A stretch of 39,985 bases of DNA from Promethearchaeota archaeon (GCA_029838195.1 JALGVJ010000032.1:1-39985), one strand, 5' to 3'; counted from the stretch's first letter, positions 9,657 through 19,222 are shown. Notes: generated from the letters alone by a model not told the origin. Translations and numbers: made by a program.

Positions 9657-10100
9657 TTATTTTTTTCTGCCATAGAGTAGATATGCGAGAATATAGGTTT
9701 CCAAGATCATGAGGGGATAAAAATATCCAGTGGTGGTTTCTAACCAGAAATAAGAAATAAGATTCCTGTTTTGAAATACTCCGAAGAACAAAGCATCTAA
9801 TAAAAAATTTAAACCGCAAACAATGCTACCGAGCACTATTGCATCAATAGCCCAAGAATCGGCAATAATCGGGTGTTTTGATTCATATTTCCATAAATAG
9901 AGGAGGAGGACAAACAGAGAAACAAGGGCATTAACGATGAGCAAGGAAATGTACAATTGAATATTTGGATTAGGAATGGGTTGATTTGTAGAATAATCGA
10001 AAAAGGCGGCTCCGACAATCAGGAATGCCCAAATCCAAGAGGCGATACCTAAGATCACGCTTAATAGTAATGATTTTTTATTCATGCTTTTCACGCTCAT
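9657..10100 (-). CDS. Hypothetical membrane protein with about 4 TM helices
   Basis: Hydrophobic ORF. Start re-assigned to the ATG at 10100 (MSVKSMNKK) because the track's start at 10175 overlaps the 43-aa gene. Confidence 0.75.
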   Translation of the reverse strand: MSVKSMNKKSLLLSVILGIASWIWAFLIVGAAFFDYSTNQPIPNPNIQLYISLLIVNALVSLFVLLLYLWKYESKHPIIADSWAIDAIVLGSIVCGLNFLLDALFFGVFQNRNLISYFWLETTTGYFYPLMILETYILAYLLYGRKK

Positions 10101-10141
10101 TTTTAGTAAATGATCGGTAATAATACCGCCATGGATGACAA

Positions 10142-10273
10142 TTATCCACGGGGCGTAAACGCATTTGCCGGGCAAAATTTAGCGTCTAAAGTGGCGGGGA
10201 CTTCATGTCCGAAGCAATCTCCTTTCGTCTCATCTATAGGCTTATAATGCTTGCAATCCTTACATTGTGCCAT
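10142..10273 (-). CDS. 43-aa four-cysteine small protein (candidate Fe-S or Zn binder), absent from the ORF track
   Basis: Manual translation: MAQCKDCKHYKPIDETKGDCFGHEVPATLDAKFCPANAFTPRG*. AAAGGGA upstream; GC content like coding DNA against AT-rich flanks. Confidence 0.8.
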   Translation of the reverse strand: MAQCKDCKHYKPIDETKGDCFGHEVPATLDAKFCPANAFTPRG

Positions 10274-10442
10274 TATTTTTCCCTTTTTACTTTTTTTATT
10301 TTTTTTTTTGATTTATTTTAAGATAAATTTTTTAACAAGAAATGATTAGAATGATACGCATAAATAACTCGTGGATTTTGAAACAAAATTTTAATTCGAG
10401 TCACATACTACTTTCTTAACCAAGAGAGTTGAAAAATTAATC

Positions 10443-11459
10443 ATGCTAAAACAGCTCTGGAGGTATTTAAGTGAGATTGGTTTGTCCGACATTCAAATCC
10501 ATCTATATGAATTCATCCTAAGAAATATAACCGCCACGATTAATGAAATAAAGGAGGCATTACATTATTCATACGCTCAAGTTAATTATAACATGTCCGT
10601 TTTAGAGGAAAAAGGATTAATTTTTTCTTCTAAAGGAAAAGATAAACAATATCATCGTATAGATCCGAAAATTGCGTTAAATAGAATCTTGGAGGATCGT
10701 TATAAAAGATATCAAGAACAAATTAATGCCCTTGAAGAATATTTAAAAGCCGAAGAAAGTGAGAGAGGGGCATGTTATAAACATTTAACATTTTATCATT
10801 ATTCCGACGTGAATCTGGCCATGGAAAATATTATTAAGTTAATTAAAAATGCAAGAGAAGAGATATGCATGTCTTCTTTACCTCCTACTTTTTTGAAAAA
10901 CATCGAGGGCGCTCTCCATGAAGCTTATTTGCGGGGAGTTAAAATCGAATTGTATTATTCCACTCGGGATTTTATTGAAATAACTAACTATTTTGAACTA
11001 ATCACGAATATTTTAAGAAGAATACGATTAACCATCATTGAGACGGAAGAAAAAACGTGCCAATTACTCCGATATAATGATATCATTGCCAACAATGGTA
11101 TCTTGTTAATAGATGATCTTTATTTTAATTCCATTATCTATTTAGACGAAAACTTTTTTCATTTCAACGGATTTACGGATTCCCATTTAGTAAAAACGGT
11201 CAAAAAATTCCTTCGGATTAAAACGGTCATGAAACGAGTAAAAATGGAACATCCAGAGTCCGTTAAACGGGTAATAAACATCATCCAAGAAAATGAAGGC
11301 ATTAGTACGAGAGAGATTGGACTAAAATCTAAAATTAGTGGTACCAAATTAAGAGAAATATTGGATTCACTTCTCGCAGAAGGTATCATTAAGGAAACCA
11401 AGAGTAAGAGTACGATGGGAGGCAAACCTAGAAAGGAATATTCCTTCATTAAAAATTAG
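10443..11459 (+). CDS. TrmB-family transcriptional regulator
   Basis: N-terminal wHTH (LSEIGLSD...LEEKGLI...YHRIDP), effector domain (LIKNAREEI...AYLRGVKI) and an extra C-terminal wHTH (GISTREI...LLAEGII...GGKPRKEY). Confidence 0.8.
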   Translation: MLKQLWRYLSEIGLSDIQIHLYEFILRNITATINEIKEALHYSYAQVNYNMSVLEEKGLIFSSKGKDKQYHRIDPKIALNRILEDRYKRYQEQINALEEYLKAEESERGACYKHLTFYHYSDVNLAMENIIKLIKNAREEICMSSLPPTFLKNIEGALHEAYLRGVKIELYYSTRDFIEITNYFELITNILRRIRLTIIETEEKTCQLLRYNDIIANNGILLIDDLYFNSIIYLDENFFHFNGFTDSHLVKTVKKFLRIKTVMKRVKMEHPESVKRVINIIQENEGISTREIGLKSKISGTKLREILDSLLAEGIIKETKSKSTMGGKPRKEYSFIKN

Positions 11460-11617
11460 TTTAAAGAACAAGGTGCTTGTTCCTCATTTTTTTTTTAAGA
11501 TCTAAATTGCTTGCTTAAAGAGAAAATACAAAAATAAATATTATTTATTTGTTAATGATTATAATTCATTAGGGAAAATTATTAATTAAAAATAGCAATT
11601 AAAAGAAGGTATGGAGC

Positions 11618-13321
11618 TTGGGAGCGCAAGATTTAGAAATTTATAATCTAAATTATTCAGGAGCATTTAACAAGATGAGCTCTAACGTGGCTCCTCTAGA
11701 ATTATTCTCTTTATATAATATTCTAGCAGTTTATGTTTATAATAAGAAAAAAATGTATATCTGGATTGGAAAGAATGTTGCTAATAGTTTAAAAATTTAT
11801 ATTCCAAATATTCGAGCATTATTTTTGGAAGAATTTCCTGAAAAGAAGATCCTAAGGAACATAACTATTGAGTCAGGATTTGAAACAGCAGAATTTTTGG
11901 AGAATTTCGATTTTTCTAAAGAAGAATTAATGGCGCATCTTAAAAAGCAAGAGAATAAAGTAAATCCCGTTCTTTCCAAGATCAATGAAATGAAAGAGGA
12001 AATAGAATATCTCATTGAAACGGAGAATTATGATACTGCAATCGCAAGAGTAAGAGAAATCATTGAACTGGCTCGAGCTATTGAAGATCAAGCATTAGTA
12101 AGGGACCAAGAAAATTTAATTGATCGCATTAAAGAACTCAAGCACAGAAAAGAAATTGATATCATCGCAAGGATAGATGAGTTAAGAATAGTCAAACAAA
12201 ATCATTCTCAAATTGGTAATTATAATAATGCCATTCAAGCAGCGAGAGAAATCATCAGCCTGGCGAAATCGGCTAATCTCGAATTGATAATTAGAGAAGA
12301 GGAGGAATTTATTGCAAGATTCACGGGGAAATATGATCCACAGAAATTGGTAATTAAAGCGAGAGAAACAAGCTTGAAATTGAAAAAACAACAAGAAGAA
12401 TTGCTAGCAAATAACAAGATTCAAGAAGCTCATGCATTAGTTGCGGATTTCATTGAGAAGTATGGAAGATTTTGTGATTTGACAAAAATTCTTTCAGCGA
12501 AAACCGTATTAGACAAGGATAAAATCACATGGAAGGACTTTCTTGAAACGAGAGAGAAAATGAAGCAAGAATTAGCTGATCTCGAAAAGCAATATCTCCA
12601 AGCTGTAAAGTTAAATAACGCTAGGAAAGCATTAACTATTCTTGATACCGCTTGGAACATTCTTTTTTCAATAAATGATGACGAATTGACAAGGAAATGG
12701 GCACAATTAGAAGAAGATTCCTCCATAATTTCTAAAAAGAGAGAAAAAGAAGAAAAATCGGAATTAATACGGGAGCTCGAGCAATCGATAAATCTTAATT
12801 TACACGAACTAAATAAAGAACAATTGAAAGAACAGAGTTCTAATTTCAAGAAATATATTGAATTTGCACGGGGAAATAATCTTGATGATTTACTAAATGA
12901 ATTATCGAGCAAGAATGAAGAATTATTAATACGAATTAATGAACTTGAGAAAATAGAGCAAGAAATAATGCGATTGGAGCCAGAATTAAAAAATGCTCGA
13001 AATGAAAATGATTTTAATAGTGCCATTACTATTTGTGAATCATTAATTGCTCTCTCTAAGCAAATGAGTTCAATAGATCTTGTCGAAAAATATCAAGAGC
13101 TATTAAAAGCCATTAAAAATGAAAAGGAATCTTTAGAGAAAAAAAAAATAGAAAATCGGCAAAAAAAGCAGCAAGTTGAACAATTTAAAAAGAACATTAG
13201 AGAGCTAAATGAAGAGGGAAAGCAATTTTTTTTTCAGGGAGACTTAAAAAAATCCCTACAAACGTATCAAAAAATCATTGCATTATTTAATGATTTTAAA
13301 AAGTTAACTATTCAACAATGA
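11618..13321 (+). CDS. Gelsolin-like domain fused to a long helical-repeat rod
   Basis: Residues ~1-100 carry MYIWIGK and IESGFETAEFLENF, matching the gelsolin-domain consensus (YxWxG...EGxExxxF). The rest is helical repeats such as ENYDTAI, GNYNNAI, NDFNSAI. TTG start with GGAG upstream. Confidence 0.7.
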   Translation: MGAQDLEIYNLNYSGAFNKMSSNVAPLELFSLYNILAVYVYNKKKMYIWIGKNVANSLKIYIPNIRALFLEEFPEKKILRNITIESGFETAEFLENFDFSKEELMAHLKKQENKVNPVLSKINEMKEEIEYLIETENYDTAIARVREIIELARAIEDQALVRDQENLIDRIKELKHRKEIDIIARIDELRIVKQNHSQIGNYNNAIQAAREIISLAKSANLELIIREEEEFIARFTGKYDPQKLVIKARETSLKLKKQQEELLANNKIQEAHALVADFIEKYGRFCDLTKILSAKTVLDKDKITWKDFLETREKMKQELADLEKQYLQAVKLNNARKALTILDTAWNILFSINDDELTRKWAQLEEDSSIISKKREKEEKSELIRELEQSINLNLHELNKEQLKEQSSNFKKYIEFARGNNLDDLLNELSSKNEELLIRINELEKIEQEIMRLEPELKNARNENDFNSAITICESLIALSKQMSSIDLVEKYQELLKAIKNEKESLEKKKIENRQKKQQVEQFKKNIRELNEEGKQFFFQGDLKKSLQTYQKIIALFNDFKKLTIQQ

Positions 13322-13367
13322 GTAAAAAATTCATTAGACCATGACTAAAAAATAACTGCGTGAAATC

Positions 13368-15788
13368 ATGAGTGAGCAAATAGAAGAGATTTTTGAAAAA
13401 TTTAAAAATATTTTTAGTTCGCGTCAAGAAGAAATTAAAACGTTCTTGAAAAAACATTATGGTCATTTATTTAAAAATCAAATCATAGAAAATGTGGAGA
13501 AAATTGACGCCACCGAACGGATTGAAAAGGCGGGCTTTCATCCGGAACTCTCAAGTTGGAAAAATATTTATGGAAATATCATTGTTAGTTCCTGTGAGAT
13601 AATAAATGGCAAAAAAGTACGATATGACTATAAATTTTCTTTTGTTGAGGAAAAATTAAGCGAGGAGAAAATTGAAATTGTAGAAAATGCGTTAAATGAA
13701 GTTAAAAACTTAGAATCAAAATTATTATTTGATGATGCTATTGCGAAAGTTGATGAGATTATAGAATTTATTCGGTTAGATGATGATAAAGTATTTAACA
13801 AGAGGTTAAACGACCGCCGTCGGGAAATAATTTCTGCAAAGCAAGATTTTGAAGATTCCATGGGAAAAATCCGCTTATTGGAAGAAAAATTGGAGGAGCA
13901 AAAAGAAGCAAATGATTTAAATGCGGCAATAATTACATGCGAAAAAATTTTTGAGATTTCCCGTTCGATAAAAAATGTTGAATTAATTAAGAAATTCAGG
14001 GATAAATTAGAAAAATTTAAAAAGAAACAAGCTGCTCTAGAGGAAATTGAAACATTAGAAACTAAATTGAAAGAATATCAAAAGCAGGGAAATTTAGAAG
14101 GTGCTCTTGAGAAATGTGATGAAATTCTTAAAATTATTCAACGATCAAGAGAGCCATCTCTCCTTAAGAAATTTTCAGATATTAAACGAGATCTTGAAAA
14201 AACTCTTGATTTATTAAAGCAAGAGCGGGAAAAAACTTTATCAACCATTTCAGAATTGGAAAAAGAAGTTGAATCTTTTCAGGCGGAAGGGAATTTTGAA
14301 ATGATTATAAATCATTGTGAAAAGATCATCTTTCTTTCAAACCAGATTAATGAGCCTGCTATAGCTGAAAAGCATGTAAAAATAAGGGAAAAAACGGAAG
14401 AAAAAGTAAAAATTTTAGCTAAAATAAAGGACTTGGCTAAAGAATTAGAAGAATTAAGGGCATCTAAGAATTTTAATGATGCCCTTAAAATCTCTGATCA
14501 AATTCTTGAGTCGTGTAAAAAAATTGAACGGGATGATCTAATTAAAAAATACTTAAACGTGAAAGAGAATATCCAAGAAAAAATCAAAGATTTGGAAGAA
14601 AGTAGAGAAAATCTCCTTCAAGAAATTAATAAAAATGAAAAAGAATTAGAAAACAAAAGAAATATTAAGGATTTTAAGGGAGCTCTAAATACGTGCGATA
14701 AACTCATTAACCTTACTTTAAAATTAGAAGATGAGGGTTTAAAAAATAAATATGAGATGATAAAGAAAGCTATTTTGGAAGAGAAAGCAGAATTAGAGGC
14801 TAAAAAAGAAAAAGAGAAAAAAGAGCAGCAATTATTACTAGAGAAAGCTCGGGAATTAAAAGATGTAATCCCATTCGAAGAAGAAGATGTTTTACCTCTC
14901 ATTGAAGAATTTTCCATAAATGAGATTTTAAAGGGAATTCCGGATGACCCCGATCTCCTTTTGGAAGAAATTAATACCCTGCTAGATTCACATCGAGTAG
15001 AAATTAAAGAAGAATTGAAAAATAAAACGCTATTACGCAGTTCCTCCGGAGAACTTTTGGAATTGAATAAAGAAATGAAAATAAAGCCCCCGGAGAAGGA
15101 ATCAAAGAAAAGTATCCATGAAGTTGCTTCGGGATTCGAAAATCCTTTTGATGAATATCTCGAAGAAGCCATTATCTCCGATATCATCCCATTCAATTAT
15201 GAAATTGAGAAAATTGAATTAAATGGCGAGGAAGTAAAAAACATGGTGGAAAAATCTCTAAAGAAAGAAGGATTAGAGCTCAATTGGCAATTTACTAATG
15301 TCCCACCAAAAGAGAAAATGGTCATTAATTACGATTTAAGAAGAAGAGTTTCAAGAACTATAATTTTCATGCTTAAGGATCAACTGAAAATAATTAAAAC
15401 TCATTCAAGATTAAAACAATTGGGATTTGAAGGCCTTTATGAAGCAGAATTACCTTTTACCAACAATTTTGGAGAACTTGAAGGTGTAGTAGTGGAAGAT
15501 ATCATTCCTCTTTATTATCTTCATGTCATACAAAAACCTAAAGATGAATTACCTGCTGAAACCATCGTAGCAGATATGGGAGATATCATCAAGTGGAACA
15601 TTGGAACGATGAAAAATGAGACTAAAATTTACAATTACATGCTAATTGAATTATATCTTTTCGAAGAAACGAAAATACAATATGATCAATTAAATAGAAA
15701 AGCCTTGGATGCATTAGAACAAGAAAATTTTGAGGAAAGTTTTGAAAAATTCAAGGCCATTAAAGATTTACTCGAAAAATTTACCTAA
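13368..15788 (+). CDS. Helical-repeat protein with two C-terminal Ig-like beta modules
   Basis: Tandem helical repeats, then two related modules: FENPFDEYLEEAIISDIIP...LNWQFTNVPPKEKMVINY and FTNNFGELEGVVVEDIIP...IKWNIGTMKNETKIYNY. Confidence 0.7.
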   Translation: MSEQIEEIFEKFKNIFSSRQEEIKTFLKKHYGHLFKNQIIENVEKIDATERIEKAGFHPELSSWKNIYGNIIVSSCEIINGKKVRYDYKFSFVEEKLSEEKIEIVENALNEVKNLESKLLFDDAIAKVDEIIEFIRLDDDKVFNKRLNDRRREIISAKQDFEDSMGKIRLLEEKLEEQKEANDLNAAIITCEKIFEISRSIKNVELIKKFRDKLEKFKKKQAALEEIETLETKLKEYQKQGNLEGALEKCDEILKIIQRSREPSLLKKFSDIKRDLEKTLDLLKQEREKTLSTISELEKEVESFQAEGNFEMIINHCEKIIFLSNQINEPAIAEKHVKIREKTEEKVKILAKIKDLAKELEELRASKNFNDALKISDQILESCKKIERDDLIKKYLNVKENIQEKIKDLEESRENLLQEINKNEKELENKRNIKDFKGALNTCDKLINLTLKLEDEGLKNKYEMIKKAILEEKAELEAKKEKEKKEQQLLLEKARELKDVIPFEEEDVLPLIEEFSINEILKGIPDDPDLLLEEINTLLDSHRVEIKEELKNKTLLRSSSGELLELNKEMKIKPPEKESKKSIHEVASGFENPFDEYLEEAIISDIIPFNYEIEKIELNGEEVKNMVEKSLKKEGLELNWQFTNVPPKEKMVINYDLRRRVSRTIIFMLKDQLKIIKTHSRLKQLGFEGLYEAELPFTNNFGELEGVVVEDIIPLYYLHVIQKPKDELPAETIVADMGDIIKWNIGTMKNETKIYNYMLIELYLFEETKIQYDQLNRKALDALEQENFEESFEKFKAIKDLLEKFT

Positions 15789-15839
15789 TTCATGTTATTC
15801 TCTTAAATCAAAACCGTTCCTTTTGTTGCTCAATTATCC

Positions 15840-17252
15840 TCATTTATTATTGTTCTTATTCCCTATGTATTCTTCAATTAATCTCGTACGTAAAGCGTGT
15901 AAAGATTTGGAAATACTAACCTTATATTTCTGAGGATTCAATAGCCTGGTGGATGCTTCTGAGAGATGGGTAATATCTTGTTCCATGGTTTTCTGGGCTT
16001 CCCGCCATCCTCCTAATTTTTTGATGATTTTTCCCTTTTCCATTTTTAATTCAAGCAGTTGTTCCACGCGATGGGGATTTTTAATTTTATAAAAACGTAA
16101 GGGATTTAAGGGATCATATACAAAATCCTCTTCCAAGTGCTCTTTATCATGCAATTCCATGATATCTCCCGTCATGTAATCATCTTTATCATAAATTCGA
16201 AATAATTTCTTTTTTGAAGGAATAGTGGTCTTCTCTACATTACTAGATATTTTTAATCTGGGCTTCCCTTCAAATTCTACTAATTTATACACGCCTCCCA
16301 GAGCAGGATCATCATAACAAGTAGCCAATTTCGTGCCTATACCCCACAAATCAACGACGCCATGATTTCGCTTGATCTCAGCAATGACGTATTCATCTAT
16401 ATCATTTGATGCTACAATCTTGGTTTCCGTGAGTCCGGCATCATCTAAAAGCTCTCTTACTTTCCTGCTAAAATACGCTAAATCTCCTGAATCAATTCTT
16501 ACGCCATCCAATTTCTTTCCTTTTTGTTGGAGTTCTTTTCCAACAATGATCGCATTTTTGCAGCCTTCAATGATGTCATACGTATCTATTAACAAAATAC
16601 AATTATCAGGATAAAGTTCTGCATATGCCCTAAATGCTTTCAATTCGGAGTTGAATGCCATGACCCATGAATGGGCTTGGGTGCCACTAACTCGAATTCC
16701 TTGCATTTTTCCTGCCAGCACGTTTGATGTTCCCACGCATCCTCCTACCATTGCTGCCTCGCTTGCGGTTAAACCCCCATTTGGCCCCTGAGCTCTTCTT
16801 AATCCAAATTCGAGGATGGGTTGCTTTCCAGAAGTTAACCACATCCTATTCGCTTTTGTAGCGCATAACGTTGGAAAATTAAAACAATTCAATAAATAAG
16901 TCTCAATAAGTTGACATTGAATCAAAGGCCCCTCCACTTCCATGATAGGCTCATAAGGAAATATTATGCGACCATCCTCAAGGCAACGAATGGTTAATTC
17001 GCACTTCCAATTTGCTAAATACTCTAAAAAAGCTTCCGAAAAGAGTTTTTGCTCTCTCAAGTATTCAATGTCATCCTCTTTATATTGCATTTGGCTAATG
17101 TTTTTGATCGCTTTATTTAGTCCATAACAAACCGCATATACGCCCTTAAATGGTGCTTGTCGAAAAAATAAATCAAATACAGCATGCTTATCTGCCATTC
17201 CTTTCAGTAAATAGCCATTCGCCATGGTAAGCTGATAAAAATCGGTTAACAA
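15840..17252 (-). CDS. pncB: Nicotinate phosphoribosyltransferase
   Basis: LTDFYQLTM, EFGLRRAQG, GTSNV, GTQAHSW, LIDTYD, GVRIDSGDL, SNDIDE, GIGT, GGVYKL. The true start may be ATA at 17276. Confidence 0.95.
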   Translation of the reverse strand: MLTDFYQLTMANGYLLKGMADKHAVFDLFFRQAPFKGVYAVCYGLNKAIKNISQMQYKEDDIEYLREQKLFSEAFLEYLANWKCELTIRCLEDGRIIFPYEPIMEVEGPLIQCQLIETYLLNCFNFPTLCATKANRMWLTSGKQPILEFGLRRAQGPNGGLTASEAAMVGGCVGTSNVLAGKMQGIRVSGTQAHSWVMAFNSELKAFRAYAELYPDNCILLIDTYDIIEGCKNAIIVGKELQQKGKKLDGVRIDSGDLAYFSRKVRELLDDAGLTETKIVASNDIDEYVIAEIKRNHGVVDLWGIGTKLATCYDDPALGGVYKLVEFEGKPRLKISSNVEKTTIPSKKKLFRIYDKDDYMTGDIMELHDKEHLEEDFVYDPLNPLRFYKIKNPHRVEQLLELKMEKGKIIKKLGGWREAQKTMEQDITHLSEASTRLLNPQKYKVSISKSLHALRTRLIEEYIGNKNNNK

Positions 17253-17501
17253 CCCAGATAATGTTTCAGAAATTATGCTCTACCCCCATAATTAATTGAA
17301 TATTATTCTTATAGTCACTGTCATGAGATGATAAAATTCTAAAAAAAATCTTGTGAGAATGAAAATAAATAATTATTATAATTAAGCTCTATTTAGTAAA
17401 TTCAAAAAATTAAATATTTTAAAAATTTTTCCATGAAATTTAATTAGATTTTCCTAATAAATTATTCTATTTATCATCTCAAGCTTTTTAGGAGAAATTC
17501 T

Positions 17502-18449
17502 TTAGAATTTTGTAATCTTTCTCACGTTTTTAATCAAATATGCTTTTAAAAAGGCATCTATATTCAATTGACCACTAAAACTTATTTTGTCTCCCTTCTG
17601 AGGCATGTTTTTATGGTACAATTTTTCACTTAACCTCACTTTTAGCTCATTAACTTTTATCACATTTTCTTCTCTAAATTCACTCTTTCTTGCAATTTTT
17701 GGACCGATCTTAACATTTTTTAATGACAAGAGATAATAAGATACAATATTGCCCTCAAATTCATATTCTCTTTGTTGGATTTTGGTAATTTCACTCTCAT
17801 ATACAGTTACTGATTGTCCATTTAGAGATGCTAAAGGATCATCTATTTTTATAAGTCTCATGGTATATACAGTGATCTCTTTACCATTTTCTTCAATCGT
17901 TTTGGTTTTAATTTCAATATTATTAATTATATCGTCAATATCTTCGGGTAAAGAAGTCAATGTCCAATTTTTTAATTTGAAAAATCCGTTTTTCGCTGAA
18001 AAAAGGAATCCTGCCCAAAAATGATTGCAAAATCCTAAATTTCCTCCGATTCTACAATCGCAATCTCTTTCTGGGTCGTCGATATTTGAATCGGTGATGG
18101 ATAAATAGGAAACGGTTTTCCAATTAAACCCTTTAAAAACAAGTTCTATTTCATGATTTTTTTCGTTGAGGATTTTAATATAACTTAGATTTTCTCGTTC
18201 GATACCTTTAATTTTCTTTAAGGCCACTTCAATTTCATTCGAAATGATATTTTTTTCTTGTTCCTGAATTAATATTGAGATTTCATTCTCATCTAAGGAA
18301 TTTGTTATAAAATCTATTAATTCATTCTTTTTTAATCTGGAATAACCTTTTAAATTGACTGATTTGCAAATTTCTTTTAATTCTTTAACGTTTAGCGATT
18401 GAAGTAAATAATTTAAAGAGGTTTTATCATCAATTTTTCGATTTGCCAT
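17502..18449 (-). CDS. SAP/Rho-N-like + SWIM zinc finger + probable OB-fold protein
   Basis: LNVKELKEICKSVNLKGYSRLKKNELIDFI (SAP/Rho_N-like), CDC-x8-CNH (SWIM CxC-xn-CxH), beta-rich C-terminus ending KGDKISFSGQL...IKNVRKI; GAGGTG upstream. Confidence 0.7.
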   Translation of the reverse strand: MANRKIDDKTSLNYLLQSLNVKELKEICKSVNLKGYSRLKKNELIDFITNSLDENEISILIQEQEKNIISNEIEVALKKIKGIERENLSYIKILNEKNHEIELVFKGFNWKTVSYLSITDSNIDDPERDCDCRIGGNLGFCNHFWAGFLFSAKNGFFKLKNWTLTSLPEDIDDIINNIEIKTKTIEENGKEITVYTMRLIKIDDPLASLNGQSVTVYESEITKIQQREYEFEGNIVSYYLLSLKNVKIGPKIARKSEFREENVIKVNELKVRLSEKLYHKNMPQKGDKISFSGQLNIDAFLKAYLIKNVRKITKF

Positions 18450-18797
18450 TTCACACCTCGGAAAAGAATAATGTTAAATCATTATAACGAATTGTTTCAA
18501 ATTTAATTAAGATATAAAGAATTTAAACTCTTCTCTTCTTAAGACGAGCAGATAATTTCTTTAAATTTTTTGTTTGGAATGGTTTAAATCATCATTTATT
18601 GAACATGTGGGCGCTTATCAGCATTTCTTTTCAAGATTTCTCTTCATGAAACTAATATCTTCCACACTCGTATTATGCGAAATTCATGATATTAGGCTAT
18701 TTAGGGATGGGTTTAAATATATGACTTGAAATTTAAGTTACTATTAATTTAATTAAAAAAATATTTAAATAAAAATTAAAAAAAGAGGTTCATTATC

Positions 18798-19019
18798 ATG
18801 ATAGAATATTATCTCGATTATTTTGGTCAAATCAAGTTTGCGGAAGAAAAGAGCATGAGCGCCGTGGATTTTGAGCGGTCTTTTAAGAAATTCTTTTCAG
18901 AAAATAAAAGACCCTTAGAAAAATCAAACCTAAGGCAATATGGAAAGCTTAAATTTGCAGAGCTCTATTCTAATTCGCTAAATGATTATAAAAATTCTTT
19001 AAAAGAGTATTTTTATTAA
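18798..19019 (+). CDS. Small hypothetical protein
   Basis: 73-aa ORF with GAGGT 8 nt upstream of the ATG. Confidence 0.55.
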   Translation: MIEYYLDYFGQIKFAEEKSMSAVDFERSFKKFFSENKRPLEKSNLRQYGKLKFAELYSNSLNDYKNSLKEYFY

Positions 19020-19222
19020 AAAAATGTCTTCGTTTTAAATGATATAGAGAACTTTTGAAAATATTCTTTATTCTTATTTTCATTAATAGAATAAATTCAT
19101 TTTTATATTATGAAGAAAATCACTCGGTATTAATTTAAATTATTAATGGAAGATTTTTATTTTTGAATGATTTAATTTAAAATGGATGATGGCCATTAAA
19201 AGAAAAACAATTTAATGCTAAT

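Noticed and set aside
9526-9819. 97-aa minus-strand ORF
   Set aside because: Overlaps the better-supported membrane-protein gene in another frame; no motif.
10101-10175. N-terminal extension of the 172-aa ORF given in the track
   Set aside because: Overlaps the 3' end of the 43-aa gene; the ATG at 10100 is the more plausible start.
3662-13350. TGA stops of the Fe-S subunit (3662-3664) and the gelsolin-like gene (13319-13321) as selenocysteine readthrough
   Set aside because: In-frame TAA follows within a few codons and neither TGA aligns to a Cys position.
12430-15196. Long antisense ORFs (12430-13026, 14618-15196)
   Set aside because: S/F/L-rich mirror translations of E/K-rich coiled-coil genes.
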